A DNA stretch of 61,766 nucleotides, counting the filler. It is 3 parts of 3 records of this genome, joined end to end, with 100 filler letters (N's around TTAATTAATTAA, not from the genome) between each part and the next. Parts side by side here need not be neighbours in the genome. Positions count along the whole stretch, not along the records: positions 21,095 to 38,192 come from DRR723986_3994; 2 more parts are not named here. One strand, 5' to 3'. A model generated the notes under the pieces. It saw nothing but the letters and a program-made list of their open reading frames with translations, was not told the DNA's origin and did no database searches. The translations under genes and the position numbers were made by a program. This document shows positions 26,577 to 36,402 of the stretch, in pieces (position 1 is the first letter of the stretch; every line of letters starts with the position of its first letter).

Positions 26577-28562
26577 ATGACTGACCAAATCGAGATTATT
26601 GAGAACACATGGATTCCCCTCGCGGATGGGAGGCGGCTGGCTGCCCGCCTTTGGATACCAAAGGGCGATGGCCCGTTTCCAGCCATTCTGGAGTATCTGC
26701 CCTACCGAAAGCGTGACGGTACCGCGCCAAGGGATGAAACGACGCACCCCGAATTTGCGCGGGCTGGGTATGTCTGCCTCCGGGTGGATATAGCGGGAAC
26801 AGGTGACAGCGACGGCCTGTTTGACGATGAATATTCTGAACAGGAACTAAGCGACGGCGAAGGCGTGCTTAGTTGGATTGCCGATCAGCGATGGAGCGAT
26901 GGCAATGTCGGCATGATTGGAATTTCATGGGGTGGCTTCAACGGGCTGCAGCTGGCTTACCGTCGGCCAAAGGCGTTGAAAACGGTCGTCAGCGTTGCCT
27001 CGACCGTGGATCGATATGCTGATGACATCCACTACATGGGCGGCTGTCTGCTAAGCGATAACGTCAATTGGGCAAGCCAGATGTTTGCCTATCAGACCCG
27101 ACCGGCTGACCCTCAGTTGCGCCCGGACTGGCGTGAGGAGTGGATCGACAAGCTCAACAACACACCTTTCCTGGCTGCCGATTGGCTGGCAAATCCCACC
27201 CGCGGCGCCTATTGGAAGCATGGGTCAGTTTGCGAAGACTGGTCTGCCATCGAAGTGCCGGTTCTGGCGATTACCGGTTGGGCAGATGCTTACGTCAACG
27301 CCCCAACCGCTTTGGTTGCCAATCTGCAGTCCCCGTCCAAGGCGATGATTGGCCCGTGGGAACATCGATATGCGCATATTTCCAAGCTGGCCCCGGCGGA
27401 TTTCCATTCCGAAGTGATCGGATGGTTCGATCGTTGGTTGAAGGGGGAACAAAACGGCGCCGAAGACCTGCCCGACTATCGCACGTTCATGCAAGAGCAT
27501 TTTCCGCCAACTGCGCATAACTCCCCGCGCAAAGGCCGTTGGATTGCCGAGCAAGATTGGCCCTCATCAAACATTTCAGTTAAGCACATGAATCTGGGCG
27601 ATGGCGGATTGCTGGATACGCATCAAACAGGGCAAGTCAGAATTTCAACTCCGGCGCATGTTGGTCAGGCCAGTGGCTATTTCTGCCCGGGTATGCGCAA
27701 CGACAACGAATTAGCCGGCGATCAGAAAGATGATGATGCGCTGTCTGTCTGCTTTGATACGCCCCCCGTGCAAGCGCCTTTGGAAATACTGGGGCGCGCC
27801 GTGTTGGAATTCACCTTCACTGTTGACCGCCCTGTGGCGCAACTTGTGGCCCGCCTTTGCGACGTTGCGCCGAATGGGCAGTCTTTCCGGATCAGCTATC
27901 GATCGCTGAACCTGTGTGCCTTTGAGAGCTTTGAAAATCCTGAGGCTCTTGTGCCGGGAAAAACGTATACAGCGCGGATTGAACTGAACGAATGTGCGCA
28001 TCATTTGCGGCAGGGTCACAGGCTTCGGCTGGCTCTATCCAATAGCTATTGGCCAATTGTATGGCCCGCGCCAGAACAGACAGCCGTCACTTTGGATGTT
28101 TCCAATTCTGTGCTGAAGCTCCCTGTGAGGCAGGTCGAAACGGAGATCGAACCAGCCAACCCCGGCCCTGTACAGGACTTTCCGCAACTGGAGGTTCAGA
28201 CGCTCCGGGCCGCGTCCAGCGCATCCGAACGTGTCACCCAAGAGGATGGTGTTGTGGTGCTCGAGGCATATGACGATTTTGGGAAGAACCGTGATCCGTA
28301 TCACGGCCTAACCGTCGGCAGCGATGTTGCGATGCGCTTTTCAATTCATCCTGACAATCCGGCCACGGCAAGTTTCTGGGAGAAGTGGACCTTCACCTTT
28401 GAGCGCGGCGATTGGCAGGTCGCAATCGACACGGAAAACACCATGACCTGCGACACCGACAATTTCTATTTGCATCGCAAACTGCACGCCACTGAAGGTG
28501 CTGACAAAACCGAAGTTCTGACCCGGGAATGGTCGACCACCATCCCGCGCGGGCTTCTTTGA
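26577..28562 (+). CDS. CocE/NonD-family serine hydrolase (peptidase S15)
   Basis: AILEYLPYRKRD, nucleophile elbow GISWGG, GWADAY, IGPWEH, RLRLALSNSYWP. Confidence 0.93.
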   Translation: MTDQIEIIENTWIPLADGRRLAARLWIPKGDGPFPAILEYLPYRKRDGTAPRDETTHPEFARAGYVCLRVDIAGTGDSDGLFDDEYSEQELSDGEGVLSWIADQRWSDGNVGMIGISWGGFNGLQLAYRRPKALKTVVSVASTVDRYADDIHYMGGCLLSDNVNWASQMFAYQTRPADPQLRPDWREEWIDKLNNTPFLAADWLANPTRGAYWKHGSVCEDWSAIEVPVLAITGWADAYVNAPTALVANLQSPSKAMIGPWEHRYAHISKLAPADFHSEVIGWFDRWLKGEQNGAEDLPDYRTFMQEHFPPTAHNSPRKGRWIAEQDWPSSNISVKHMNLGDGGLLDTHQTGQVRISTPAHVGQASGYFCPGMRNDNELAGDQKDDDALSVCFDTPPVQAPLEILGRAVLEFTFTVDRPVAQLVARLCDVAPNGQSFRISYRSLNLCAFESFENPEALVPGKTYTARIELNECAHHLRQGHRLRLALSNSYWPIVWPAPEQTAVTLDVSNSVLKLPVRQVETEIEPANPGPVQDFPQLEVQTLRAASSASERVTQEDGVVVLEAYDDFGKNRDPYHGLTVGSDVAMRFSIHPDNPATASFWEKWTFTFERGDWQVAIDTENTMTCDTDNFYLHRKLHATEGADKTEVLTREWSTTIPRGLL

Positions 28563-28583
28563 ACTGATCCAAGGGAGGACATC

Positions 28584-30146
28584 ATGAAAATCGAATGGAC
28601 AAAGGCGCCCGTAGGCCGCCGGAACTTTCTGAAAGGCGCAACTGCGTTGGGCGCAATGGCTGCGCTGCCGATGGGGTTGGCTTCGCGTGCTCATGCCGCG
28701 GCTGACGGTGTGTTGCGGGTGCGCGCCTATGGCGACACGCAGACCATGGATCCGGCCAAGATCCTGTCTGTGAATGAAGAAGAGGTCATGGCGGCCACCT
28801 ACAACAAACTGATCCAGTATACCCCCGGCAAGGAATGGGGCTGGCAGCTCGATGCTGCTACGATGATCGAACAGGTTGACCCGACCCACATCAAATTCGC
28901 GCTGCGTGATGACATAGGGTTTACCAACGGCTTTGGCGCAATGACGGCTGACGACGTAAAATTCTCGTTTGAACGGGTGATTGACGACGCCACTGAAGCG
29001 ACCAACAAACCTGATATGGGCACCCTTAGCCATGTCGAAGTTACTGGCGAGCGTGAAGGAACGATCGTTCTGAAAGATCCCTTTGCGCCACTCTGGAGCA
29101 TCGCGTTGCCTTATCAGACCGGCAATATCGTCTCCCGCAAGGCGGTTGAAGCTGCGGGCGGTATTATTGGTACCGATCCGGTTGCGGAATCCGGCCCTTA
29201 CCTTCGTGACAGCTGGAGCCCGAAATCGAAAACAGTATTGAAGCGCAATCCCGATTGGAAAGGGGATGCACCTGAATGGGATACAATCGAGATCCTGCCA
29301 ATTGACGATGAGAACACGGCGGAGATCGCCTTTGAAGCCGGTGAAATCGACTTTACCCGCGTGTCGCTGGGATCGGTTGAACGGTATCGCGGCGGTGTCC
29401 CCAACGGCGGAACTCTGATTGAAAACCCATCGCTCTATTATGTCTGGCTGGGCATGAACTTGGAGCATCCTAAGCTGCAGAACATTAAACTGCGCCAGGC
29501 GATCCAGCATGCAATTGATGTGCCAAGCATCCTGCAGGCGGCGTATTTCGATGCAGTCGAACCGTCAACGGGCATCATCGCTCCGGGTCTTGCCGGCAAC
29601 CGCGCAAACGGGCTGGTTCCTCCAGAGGCAAATTTCGAGAGAGCCGCAGAACTGCTTGCAGAAAGCGGTGAAACCAATGTCTCGCTGACTCTGGATGTCT
29701 TGAACAAAACGACCTTTGCAACCACTGCGCAGATCATTCAGGCCACCTTGGCCCAGATCGGCATCACGGTTGAAATCAACTTGCTGGAGTCAGGTGCGTT
29801 CTGGGCCAGTGGTGATAACGAGAACCTGCAACTGGTGCTTAATCGATACTCGATGACACCGGATCCGTACTATGCAACGTCATGGTTCACGACCGAACAA
29901 GCGGGCATCTGGAACTGGGAACGTCACAAAAACCCCGAGTATGATGCTCTGCACGAAGCAGCTTTCCGCGAAACTGATACTGTTAAGCGTGATGAGATGT
30001 ATCAGCAGGCTCAGAACATCATGGAAGAAAGTGGGGCCTATCGGTTCATCACCCATGAGGCGACGCCAGTGATCCACTCGGCCAATATCGTGCCAGCGCT
30101 GCGGCCAGACGGCCTGTCGCTCCTGCGGTATTTTGGTAAAGCCTGA
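28584..30146 (+). CDS. Peptide/opine ABC substrate-binding protein (family 5), Tat-exported
   Basis: GRRNFLKG twin-Arg signal; TADDVKFSFER; SGPY; LRQAIQHAID. Confidence 0.92.
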   Translation: MKIEWTKAPVGRRNFLKGATALGAMAALPMGLASRAHAAADGVLRVRAYGDTQTMDPAKILSVNEEEVMAATYNKLIQYTPGKEWGWQLDAATMIEQVDPTHIKFALRDDIGFTNGFGAMTADDVKFSFERVIDDATEATNKPDMGTLSHVEVTGEREGTIVLKDPFAPLWSIALPYQTGNIVSRKAVEAAGGIIGTDPVAESGPYLRDSWSPKSKTVLKRNPDWKGDAPEWDTIEILPIDDENTAEIAFEAGEIDFTRVSLGSVERYRGGVPNGGTLIENPSLYYVWLGMNLEHPKLQNIKLRQAIQHAIDVPSILQAAYFDAVEPSTGIIAPGLAGNRANGLVPPEANFERAAELLAESGETNVSLTLDVLNKTTFATTAQIIQATLAQIGITVEINLLESGAFWASGDNENLQLVLNRYSMTPDPYYATSWFTTEQAGIWNWERHKNPEYDALHEAAFRETDTVKRDEMYQQAQNIMEESGAYRFITHEATPVIHSANIVPALRPDGLSLLRYFGKA

Positions 30147-30161
30147 TCTCCTCTCAGGCGC

Positions 30162-30193
30162 GGTGTGACCATCTGAAGTCAGGTGGTCACACC
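30162..30193 (+). other. Long hairpin after binding-protein gene (mRNA stabiliser/attenuator)
   Basis: GGTGTGACCATCTG-AAGT-CAGGTGGTCACACC, 14-bp stem with one G-U pair. Confidence 0.65.
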
Positions 30194-30224
30194 ACATAGA
30201 CGATCAAACTAAAGGTGCCTGCAC

Positions 30225-31163
30225 ATGCTGTTTTACACCCTCAAACGATTTGCGCTTGCGGCGTTGATTTTGGTCGTGGCGGTCACCGTCATGTTCCTGA
30301 TGATCCGCGCCGTTCCGGGCAATCCCGTCGAGATTATGCTTGGCCCACGCGCCACGCCTGAATTGCAGGCCAAACTGACAGCGGAACTGGCGTTGGACCA
30401 ACCGATGTGGCGGCAACTGGCCTTGTTTTATAGCGGGTTACTGCGAGGCGACCTTGGGGCTGACGTTTTCTCGGGGCGGGCCGTTACCGATATCGTCTTT
30501 GAACAGTTGCCCTACACGCTGCATCTGATTTTCCTGTCAATCGGCTGGTCTGCCATCTTGGGCGTTGCGATTGGCGCTTATGCTGCGGCGCACCCCAACA
30601 CTCTGGCCGACCGGATCGTGGCAACCTTATCGGTCAGCTTCGTGGCGGCCCCTGCTTTTGTTGTCGCCTTGTTGTCGTTGTTACTGTTCGCAGTTTATCT
30701 ACGTTGGTTTCCCGCAATTGGTGCAGGCGAAGGATTTTGGGATGTGCTGTACCATCTGATACTGCCCGCTTTTGCCATGGGGCTGTCTTGGGTCGGTTAT
30801 ATTTCACGGCTGGTGCGGGCCTCGATGCTGGAAGTTCTGGGCGAAAGTCACATTCGAACGGCGCGCGCTTTTGGCCTAAGCGAGCGCCGCATTATCGGAG
30901 CTTATGCCCTGCGTATCGCAATCTTGCCGGTTGTCACGGTGATTGGTGTCGGCATGGGATTCCTGCTGAGTGGAGCCGTGTTCACCGAGATCGTTTTTGC
31001 CCGTCCCGGCCTTGGTAAGCTGGTGATCGACAGCATCACCACACGCAACTACCCGATCGTGATGGGTGCGGTGCTGGTTTCAACCGGGTTGTTCGTGGTC
31101 TCGACGGCGCTGGCCGACATCATCAATGCCATTCTTGATCCGCGCGCGCGGACAGAAAGCTGA
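30225..31163 (+). CDS. Peptide ABC permease (DppB/OppB-like)
   Basis: LRGDLG, HLILPAFAMG, HIRTARAFGLSE, EIVFARPGLG. Confidence 0.93.
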   Translation: MLFYTLKRFALAALILVVAVTVMFLMIRAVPGNPVEIMLGPRATPELQAKLTAELALDQPMWRQLALFYSGLLRGDLGADVFSGRAVTDIVFEQLPYTLHLIFLSIGWSAILGVAIGAYAAAHPNTLADRIVATLSVSFVAAPAFVVALLSLLLFAVYLRWFPAIGAGEGFWDVLYHLILPAFAMGLSWVGYISRLVRASMLEVLGESHIRTARAFGLSERRIIGAYALRIAILPVVTVIGVGMGFLLSGAVFTEIVFARPGLGKLVIDSITTRNYPIVMGAVLVSTGLFVVSTALADIINAILDPRARTES

Positions 31164-31174
31164 GGGAGGAGAGT

Positions 31175-32053
31175 ATGACAGATATCACTTCGAATACCCC
31201 GAAACCGCGTTCCGAGTTGATGAACATCCTTTTGGGTGTAGCGCGGGAACCGCTGGGCCTGATGGGGCTCATTATTGTTGGTGCCATTGTTCTGGCGGCG
31301 GTGTTCGCGCCCTGGATTGTGCCCTACGACCCGATCGCCATGAATATTCCGGATCGGATGCAGGGTCCCTCGTGGGCGCACTGGTTGGGAACCGACCTGC
31401 TGGGCCGCGATACATTTTCCCGCGTTGTTATGGGCGGACGTGTTGCGCTGAAAGTGGCTCTGCCGGCCGTGTTTGGGGCGATGGCGATTGGACTGACCTT
31501 GGGCATGATTGCCGGATACGGGCCAAAATGGCTCGACAACTTGCTGATGTTGTTCTTTGATACGATCCGCTCTTTCCCGACCGTGATGTTTGCGCTGGCG
31601 GTTGTGGCTCTTGTGGGGCCAAGCCTGCAAACCGTTGTGGTTGTTGTCATGGCGACCTCGATCCCGACCTATGGGCGTGTGGCGCGCACCCAAACTCTCA
31701 CACTGCGCAATTCCGAGTTTATTTTGGCCGAACGTGCCATGGGTGCCTCGATGGCGCGTATTCTGGGGGTACACATGCTGCCCAATATTATCGGTGTTCT
31801 GGCGGTTCTGGCCGCGATGGATATTCCGACAGTGATCGCACTTGAAGCGGGGCTTTCCTTTCTGGGTCTTGGGGTGAAGCCACCGACGCCAAGTTGGGGC
31901 GCGCTTTTGAAAGACGGCTATGCGCTGATCCGCCAAACGCCGTGGTTGGTCGTTGGTGGTGGCCTACCAATCATTCTGGCAACCCTTGGATTTACCTTTT
32001 TAGGTGAAAGCCTGCGCGATGTGGTTGACCCCAAACTGAGGAAACAGCGATGA
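31175..32053 (+). CDS. Peptide ABC permease (DppC/OppC-like)
   Basis: HWLGTDLLGRD, EAGLSFLGLG, PTPSWG, GESLRDVVDPK. Confidence 0.93.
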   Translation: MTDITSNTPKPRSELMNILLGVAREPLGLMGLIIVGAIVLAAVFAPWIVPYDPIAMNIPDRMQGPSWAHWLGTDLLGRDTFSRVVMGGRVALKVALPAVFGAMAIGLTLGMIAGYGPKWLDNLLMLFFDTIRSFPTVMFALAVVALVGPSLQTVVVVVMATSIPTYGRVARTQTLTLRNSEFILAERAMGASMARILGVHMLPNIIGVLAVLAAMDIPTVIALEAGLSFLGLGVKPPTPSWGALLKDGYALIRQTPWLVVGGGLPIILATLGFTFLGESLRDVVDPKLRKQR

Positions 32054-33027
32054 GCGACCTTCTTTTGGAAATCGATGGCCTGAGTGTCGACTATGAAACC
32101 TCGCGCGGAGATCTCAAGGCACTACGTGACATCAGCTTTGATGTGCGCAAGGGCGAGATTGTCGGCATCGTTGGTGAAAGCGGATGTGGCAAATCCACCC
32201 TGATTTCGTCGATCTTGCGATTGATTGCCCCCAACACCCGGTTCCGCGCCGGTGAGGTCCGGTTTAAAGGCGACGATCTGCTGTCTCTGCCCGAAAAGAG
32301 GATGCGCGATTTGCGCGGGTCGGACATATCCATCGTGTTTCAAGACCCGATGCAGACCCACAACCCGGTGATCTCGATCGGGCAGCAGATGGTGGATATC
32401 CAGCACCGCGCAAAGGCCTCGAAACGGGAGAAGCTGTCGCGGGCCGCTAAGATGTTGGGCGCTGTCGGCATTCCGGATCCCGAGGCCCGCCTGCAGCAGT
32501 TCCCGCATGAGTTTTCCGGCGGGATGCGACAGCGGATTGCCATTGCCATGGCCTTGATGAGCGAACCGGACCTGTTGATCGCCGACGAGCCGACCACTGC
32601 GCTGGACGCCACGCTGGAAGTGCAGATCATCGAGCGCCTGCAGGATCTGCAAAAAGACCTTGGCTGTTCGATCCTGTTCATCTCTCACCATTTGGGCGTG
32701 ATCGCTGAGCTTTGTGATCGGGTTGTGGTGATGTATGCCGGGGCTGTCGTTGAAAGCGGTGACGTGCGAGAGATTTTCCACCACCCAAAACATCCCTACA
32801 CCCGCCGCCTAATCGAATGTGATCCCGGTCACATCAAGACCCGTGCCCGCGTTCTGCCAACCATTCCCGGTGAAGTGCCGGATCTGGCAAACTTGCCCTC
32901 CGGCTGCATTTTCCGGGACCGCTGCGAACAGGCAACGGATCGCTGTGCACAGGTGCCAGAACTCAGAAAACTCAAAGAGGGTCACTTTGCGGCCTGTTGG
33001 CTGAACCAAGAGGAGGTCCCCGCATGA
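32050..33027 (+). CDS. Peptide ABC ATP-binding protein (DppD-like)
   Basis: GESGCGKST, FSGGMRQR, IADEPTTALD, HPYT, GCIFRDRC. Confidence 0.94.
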   Translation: MSDLLLEIDGLSVDYETSRGDLKALRDISFDVRKGEIVGIVGESGCGKSTLISSILRLIAPNTRFRAGEVRFKGDDLLSLPEKRMRDLRGSDISIVFQDPMQTHNPVISIGQQMVDIQHRAKASKREKLSRAAKMLGAVGIPDPEARLQQFPHEFSGGMRQRIAIAMALMSEPDLLIADEPTTALDATLEVQIIERLQDLQKDLGCSILFISHHLGVIAELCDRVVVMYAGAVVESGDVREIFHHPKHPYTRRLIECDPGHIKTRARVLPTIPGEVPDLANLPSGCIFRDRCEQATDRCAQVPELRKLKEGHFAACWLNQEEVPA

Positions 33028-33965
33028 GCCCGATCCTTGAGGTCAAAGACCTGAAAACCAACTATGGCCCGGTCAATGTATTGGCTGGCGTCAGTTTCAG
33101 CGTAGAGGCGGGCCAGACCTATGCAATGGTTGGTGAAAGCGGCTCTGGCAAGACAACCGTGATCCGGGCTATTGCCGGGTTGGCACCTGCTCAATCCGGT
33201 TCCGTGAAATTCATGGGGCAGGAAATCCGAGGCATTTCAGAGCGGGCTTTTCGTCCTTTGCGCAAGGACATCGCAATGATGTTTCAAGACCCGGTCGGGT
33301 CGCTGTCACCACGTCTGACCATTCGCAATCTGATCACGGAACCTTACCGCATCCAAGGCATGAAAGATCGAGATATGGATGCCGAGGCCAAACGGCTGCT
33401 GGAGCTGGTCAACCTGCCATCGCACTTTGCGGATCGCTATCCTTATCAGCTGTCCGGAGGTCAGGCACGACGTATCGGGGTGGCGCGGGCACTGGCCCTG
33501 GAGCCGAAGCTGATCCTTGCGGATGAACCCACCGCCGGCTTGGATGTATCAGTACAGGGCGAATTACTGAACTTGCTTAACGACCTACGCGAACGGCTTG
33601 GTCTTTCGATGGTGATTATCACCCACAACCTGAATGTGGTGCGCCACGTGGCCGACCGGATGGGCATTCTTTATCTCGGTCGTCTGGTCGAGGAAGGCCC
33701 CTCCGAAACGGTCTTCGCCGATCCGCGCCATCCCTACACCCACTGCCTGCTCTCGGCCAACCCCGAACCCGACCCCGACGCCCGCCTGGACCGCATCGCG
33801 CTCAAAGGCGAACCTCCCAGCCTGATCAGCCGCCCAAAGGGATGCGAATTCAGAGAACGATGCCCAATGGCATCCGACGTATGCACACAAGTCCCCCAGT
33901 GGGAGGTCGAAAACGGACACGGCATTCGCTGCCTGACTCCGCGCCTCGTTGGAAATGTCGCATGA
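33024..33965 (+). CDS. Peptide ABC ATP-binding protein (DppF-like)
   Basis: GESGSGKTT, LSGGQARR, ADEPTAGLDVSVQ; ATGA overlap. Confidence 0.94.
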   Translation: MSPILEVKDLKTNYGPVNVLAGVSFSVEAGQTYAMVGESGSGKTTVIRAIAGLAPAQSGSVKFMGQEIRGISERAFRPLRKDIAMMFQDPVGSLSPRLTIRNLITEPYRIQGMKDRDMDAEAKRLLELVNLPSHFADRYPYQLSGGQARRIGVARALALEPKLILADEPTAGLDVSVQGELLNLLNDLRERLGLSMVIITHNLNVVRHVADRMGILYLGRLVEEGPSETVFADPRHPYTHCLLSANPEPDPDARLDRIALKGEPPSLISRPKGCEFRERCPMASDVCTQVPQWEVENGHGIRCLTPRLVGNVA

Positions 33966-34750
33966 AGCGGTTCACCGGGAAAACGGTGCTGGTGACTGGC
34001 GGCGCTTCCGGAATCGGGCTGGCGATTGCGCGCAGGTTCGCCGAGGAAGGGGCCGCGCTGATCCTGATTGGGCGTGATGATGAAAAAGGCAAGGCTGCGG
34101 TTGCCTCTATCAGCGAAACGGGCACGGTCTGCCAGTTCTTCTCCGTCGATCTGTCGCAGGAGCGCGCGGTGAAAGAGGTCGTGTCCAGCATCGCCACTTT
34201 GGATATTCTGGTGAACAACGCGGGGCTTGGCTCCGCACGGATAGATATCACACCTGATGATGGCCCGGGCCAGCGATGGGACCGTTTGCGCGGTGCGAAC
34301 CTTGATTCGACCTACCTTATGACCGCCTATTGCCTGCCTCTGCTGCAAGCAACTGGCGGGAGCGTCATCAATATCTCATCCACGGCGACAATGCATGGCA
34401 ATTGGGGTCTATATGGGGTCGCAAAAGCCGGAGTCGAGGCTATGACACGTTCTTTTGCCGCCGAGTCTGCGCCGATCCGTGTGAACGCAGTCAGTCCCGG
34501 TTGGATAGTGACCAAAGCCACCTCGGGCGCGTCAGGTGACGCAAAAGAGGGTTGGGATCAACCGCCTTCGATGTTGGCCCGTATGGGGACAGGAGCCGAG
34601 ATCGCAGGAGCGGTCACCTTTCTGGCCTCACCAGATGCATCATTCATCACCGGACAGACCTTGATCGTTGATGGCGGCATGTCCGTCACTGATTACCCCT
34701 CGCGGCCAATGCTGGCCAAGCGCGGCAGCAAACTGTTTTCCCAAGGATAA
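33962..34750 (+). CDS. Classical SDR oxidoreductase
   Basis: TGGASGIG, LVNNAG, YGVAK, RVNAVSPG, FITGQTLIVDGG; ATGA overlap. Confidence 0.93.
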   Translation: MKRFTGKTVLVTGGASGIGLAIARRFAEEGAALILIGRDDEKGKAAVASISETGTVCQFFSVDLSQERAVKEVVSSIATLDILVNNAGLGSARIDITPDDGPGQRWDRLRGANLDSTYLMTAYCLPLLQATGGSVINISSTATMHGNWGLYGVAKAGVEAMTRSFAAESAPIRVNAVSPGWIVTKATSGASGDAKEGWDQPPSMLARMGTGAEIAGAVTFLASPDASFITGQTLIVDGGMSVTDYPSRPMLAKRGSKLFSQG

Positions 34751-34755
34751 GCTGG

Positions 34756-36402
34756 ATGATCCAAACTCTTTATTTCAACGGCAACATTCTGACTATGGAT
34801 GATCAGAATTCGGTTGCTGAGGCTGTGCTGACACAGGACGAGACCATCGTATCTTCCGGTCGAGAAGCTGACCTGCGCGCCATGCTCGCCGAAGACGCGA
34901 TTCAGGTCGATCTGCAAGGCAAAACCATGATGCCAGCGTTCATTGATCCACATGGGCACTTCCCCGATCCCGGGTTTATCCGCCTGTTCCGGGTCGATCT
35001 GGCCTCGGCCCCGCGTGGGGATTGCCCGGACATGGCCACTGCACTGGATCGATTGCGCGCCAAGGCCGACGAGACTGCGGCTGGTGAATGGGTGATGGGG
35101 GTACTGTTCGATAATACGGCAATCGCTGAAAAACGTATGCCAACGCGGGAAGAACTGGATTCCGTATCAACGGATCATCCGATTTGGGTGATCCACGCGT
35201 CTGGACATAACGGCGCAGCCAACTCGATGGCGCTCTTGCGCCACAGGGTAAATCGAGACACGCCTGACCCTTTGGGGGGACGATTTGGCCGCGACCCTGA
35301 GACCGGAGCGCTGACTGGGCTGATCGAAGGCATTTCAGCCATGGGAGAAATGGGTGACACAATTTTCCTGATCGACCATGAGCGTTTCTGGCAGGGATTT
35401 GATGCAACCCGCGAAGAATACCTGGGCCACGGGGTCACATATGCCCAAAACGCCTGGGCGGCCCGCGATATGCTGGCGCATTTTAACTCCCTTCCTGTGG
35501 ATGTAGATCCGGGAATTGATCTGCAAATTCTACCTGTTGGAGAATTGGAACCAGAGCTTAGCCAGGGCCCGGATGCGCTGGAGTGGTCAGGGAATCCCCA
35601 CTTCACGCTGGGGCCGCGCAAGCTGTTCACGGATGGGGCGTTTCAACTGCAGACGGCTTTTCTGTCAAAGCCGTACCTTAAGCCCGTCAATCCGGATGCC
35701 CCTTGCGGGATGACCTATGCCGATCCTGCCGAGCACCATGCGCAGGTGAAAAAGCTGCATGACATGGAATTTCAAATCCACTGTCACTGCAACGGCGATG
35801 CTGGGTTGGATCTATTTCTGGACGCAGTGGATGCGGCCCAGAACGCCAATCCACGCGCCGATCACCGGCACACCGTCATTCATGGGCAGGTCACCCGCGA
35901 TGACCAGTTGGAACGCATGGCGCGTTTGGGGGTAACTGTCAGCTTTTTCTCGGCCCATATCCATTTCTGGGGAGATCGCCACTATGACACGTTCCTTGGC
36001 CCCGAGCGGGCGAATCAAATTTCTCCCGCTGCATCAGCGGAGCGATATGGGGTGCGCTACACGATCCACAATGATGCGTCGGTGACCCCCACGCGGCCCA
36101 TTCATTTGGCCCATTGCGCGGTCAACCGGCTGACTGCCTCGGGGCGCCTATTGGGTGAGGATCAGAAGGTCTCGGTAATGTCTGCCTTGCGCGCGCAAAC
36201 GATTGATGCCGCATGGCAGGTGTTTGAGGAGAGCCGTCGCGGTTCTATCGAGGCCGGGAAACTGGCTGATTTTGCCGTGCTATCACGCAGCCCGATGAAC
36301 GCGCCGGAGCGTTTGTTTGAAACACAAGTGGTTCAAACAATTCGCCGTGGCCAGCTGGTTTTCCAATCTCCCGAGATTGCAGATCAGAAAGACAGAAAAT
36401 GA
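34756..36402 (+). CDS. Amidohydrolase_3 (YtcJ-like) metal-dependent amidase
   Basis: PAFIDPHGH, KLFTDG, HCNGD, RHTVIHGQ, GSIEAGKLADF. Confidence 0.9.
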   Translation: MIQTLYFNGNILTMDDQNSVAEAVLTQDETIVSSGREADLRAMLAEDAIQVDLQGKTMMPAFIDPHGHFPDPGFIRLFRVDLASAPRGDCPDMATALDRLRAKADETAAGEWVMGVLFDNTAIAEKRMPTREELDSVSTDHPIWVIHASGHNGAANSMALLRHRVNRDTPDPLGGRFGRDPETGALTGLIEGISAMGEMGDTIFLIDHERFWQGFDATREEYLGHGVTYAQNAWAARDMLAHFNSLPVDVDPGIDLQILPVGELEPELSQGPDALEWSGNPHFTLGPRKLFTDGAFQLQTAFLSKPYLKPVNPDAPCGMTYADPAEHHAQVKKLHDMEFQIHCHCNGDAGLDLFLDAVDAAQNANPRADHRHTVIHGQVTRDDQLERMARLGVTVSFFSAHIHFWGDRHYDTFLGPERANQISPAASAERYGVRYTIHNDASVTPTRPIHLAHCAVNRLTASGRLLGEDQKVSVMSALRAQTIDAAWQVFEESRRGSIEAGKLADFAVLSRSPMNAPERLFETQVVQTIRRGQLVFQSPEIADQKDRK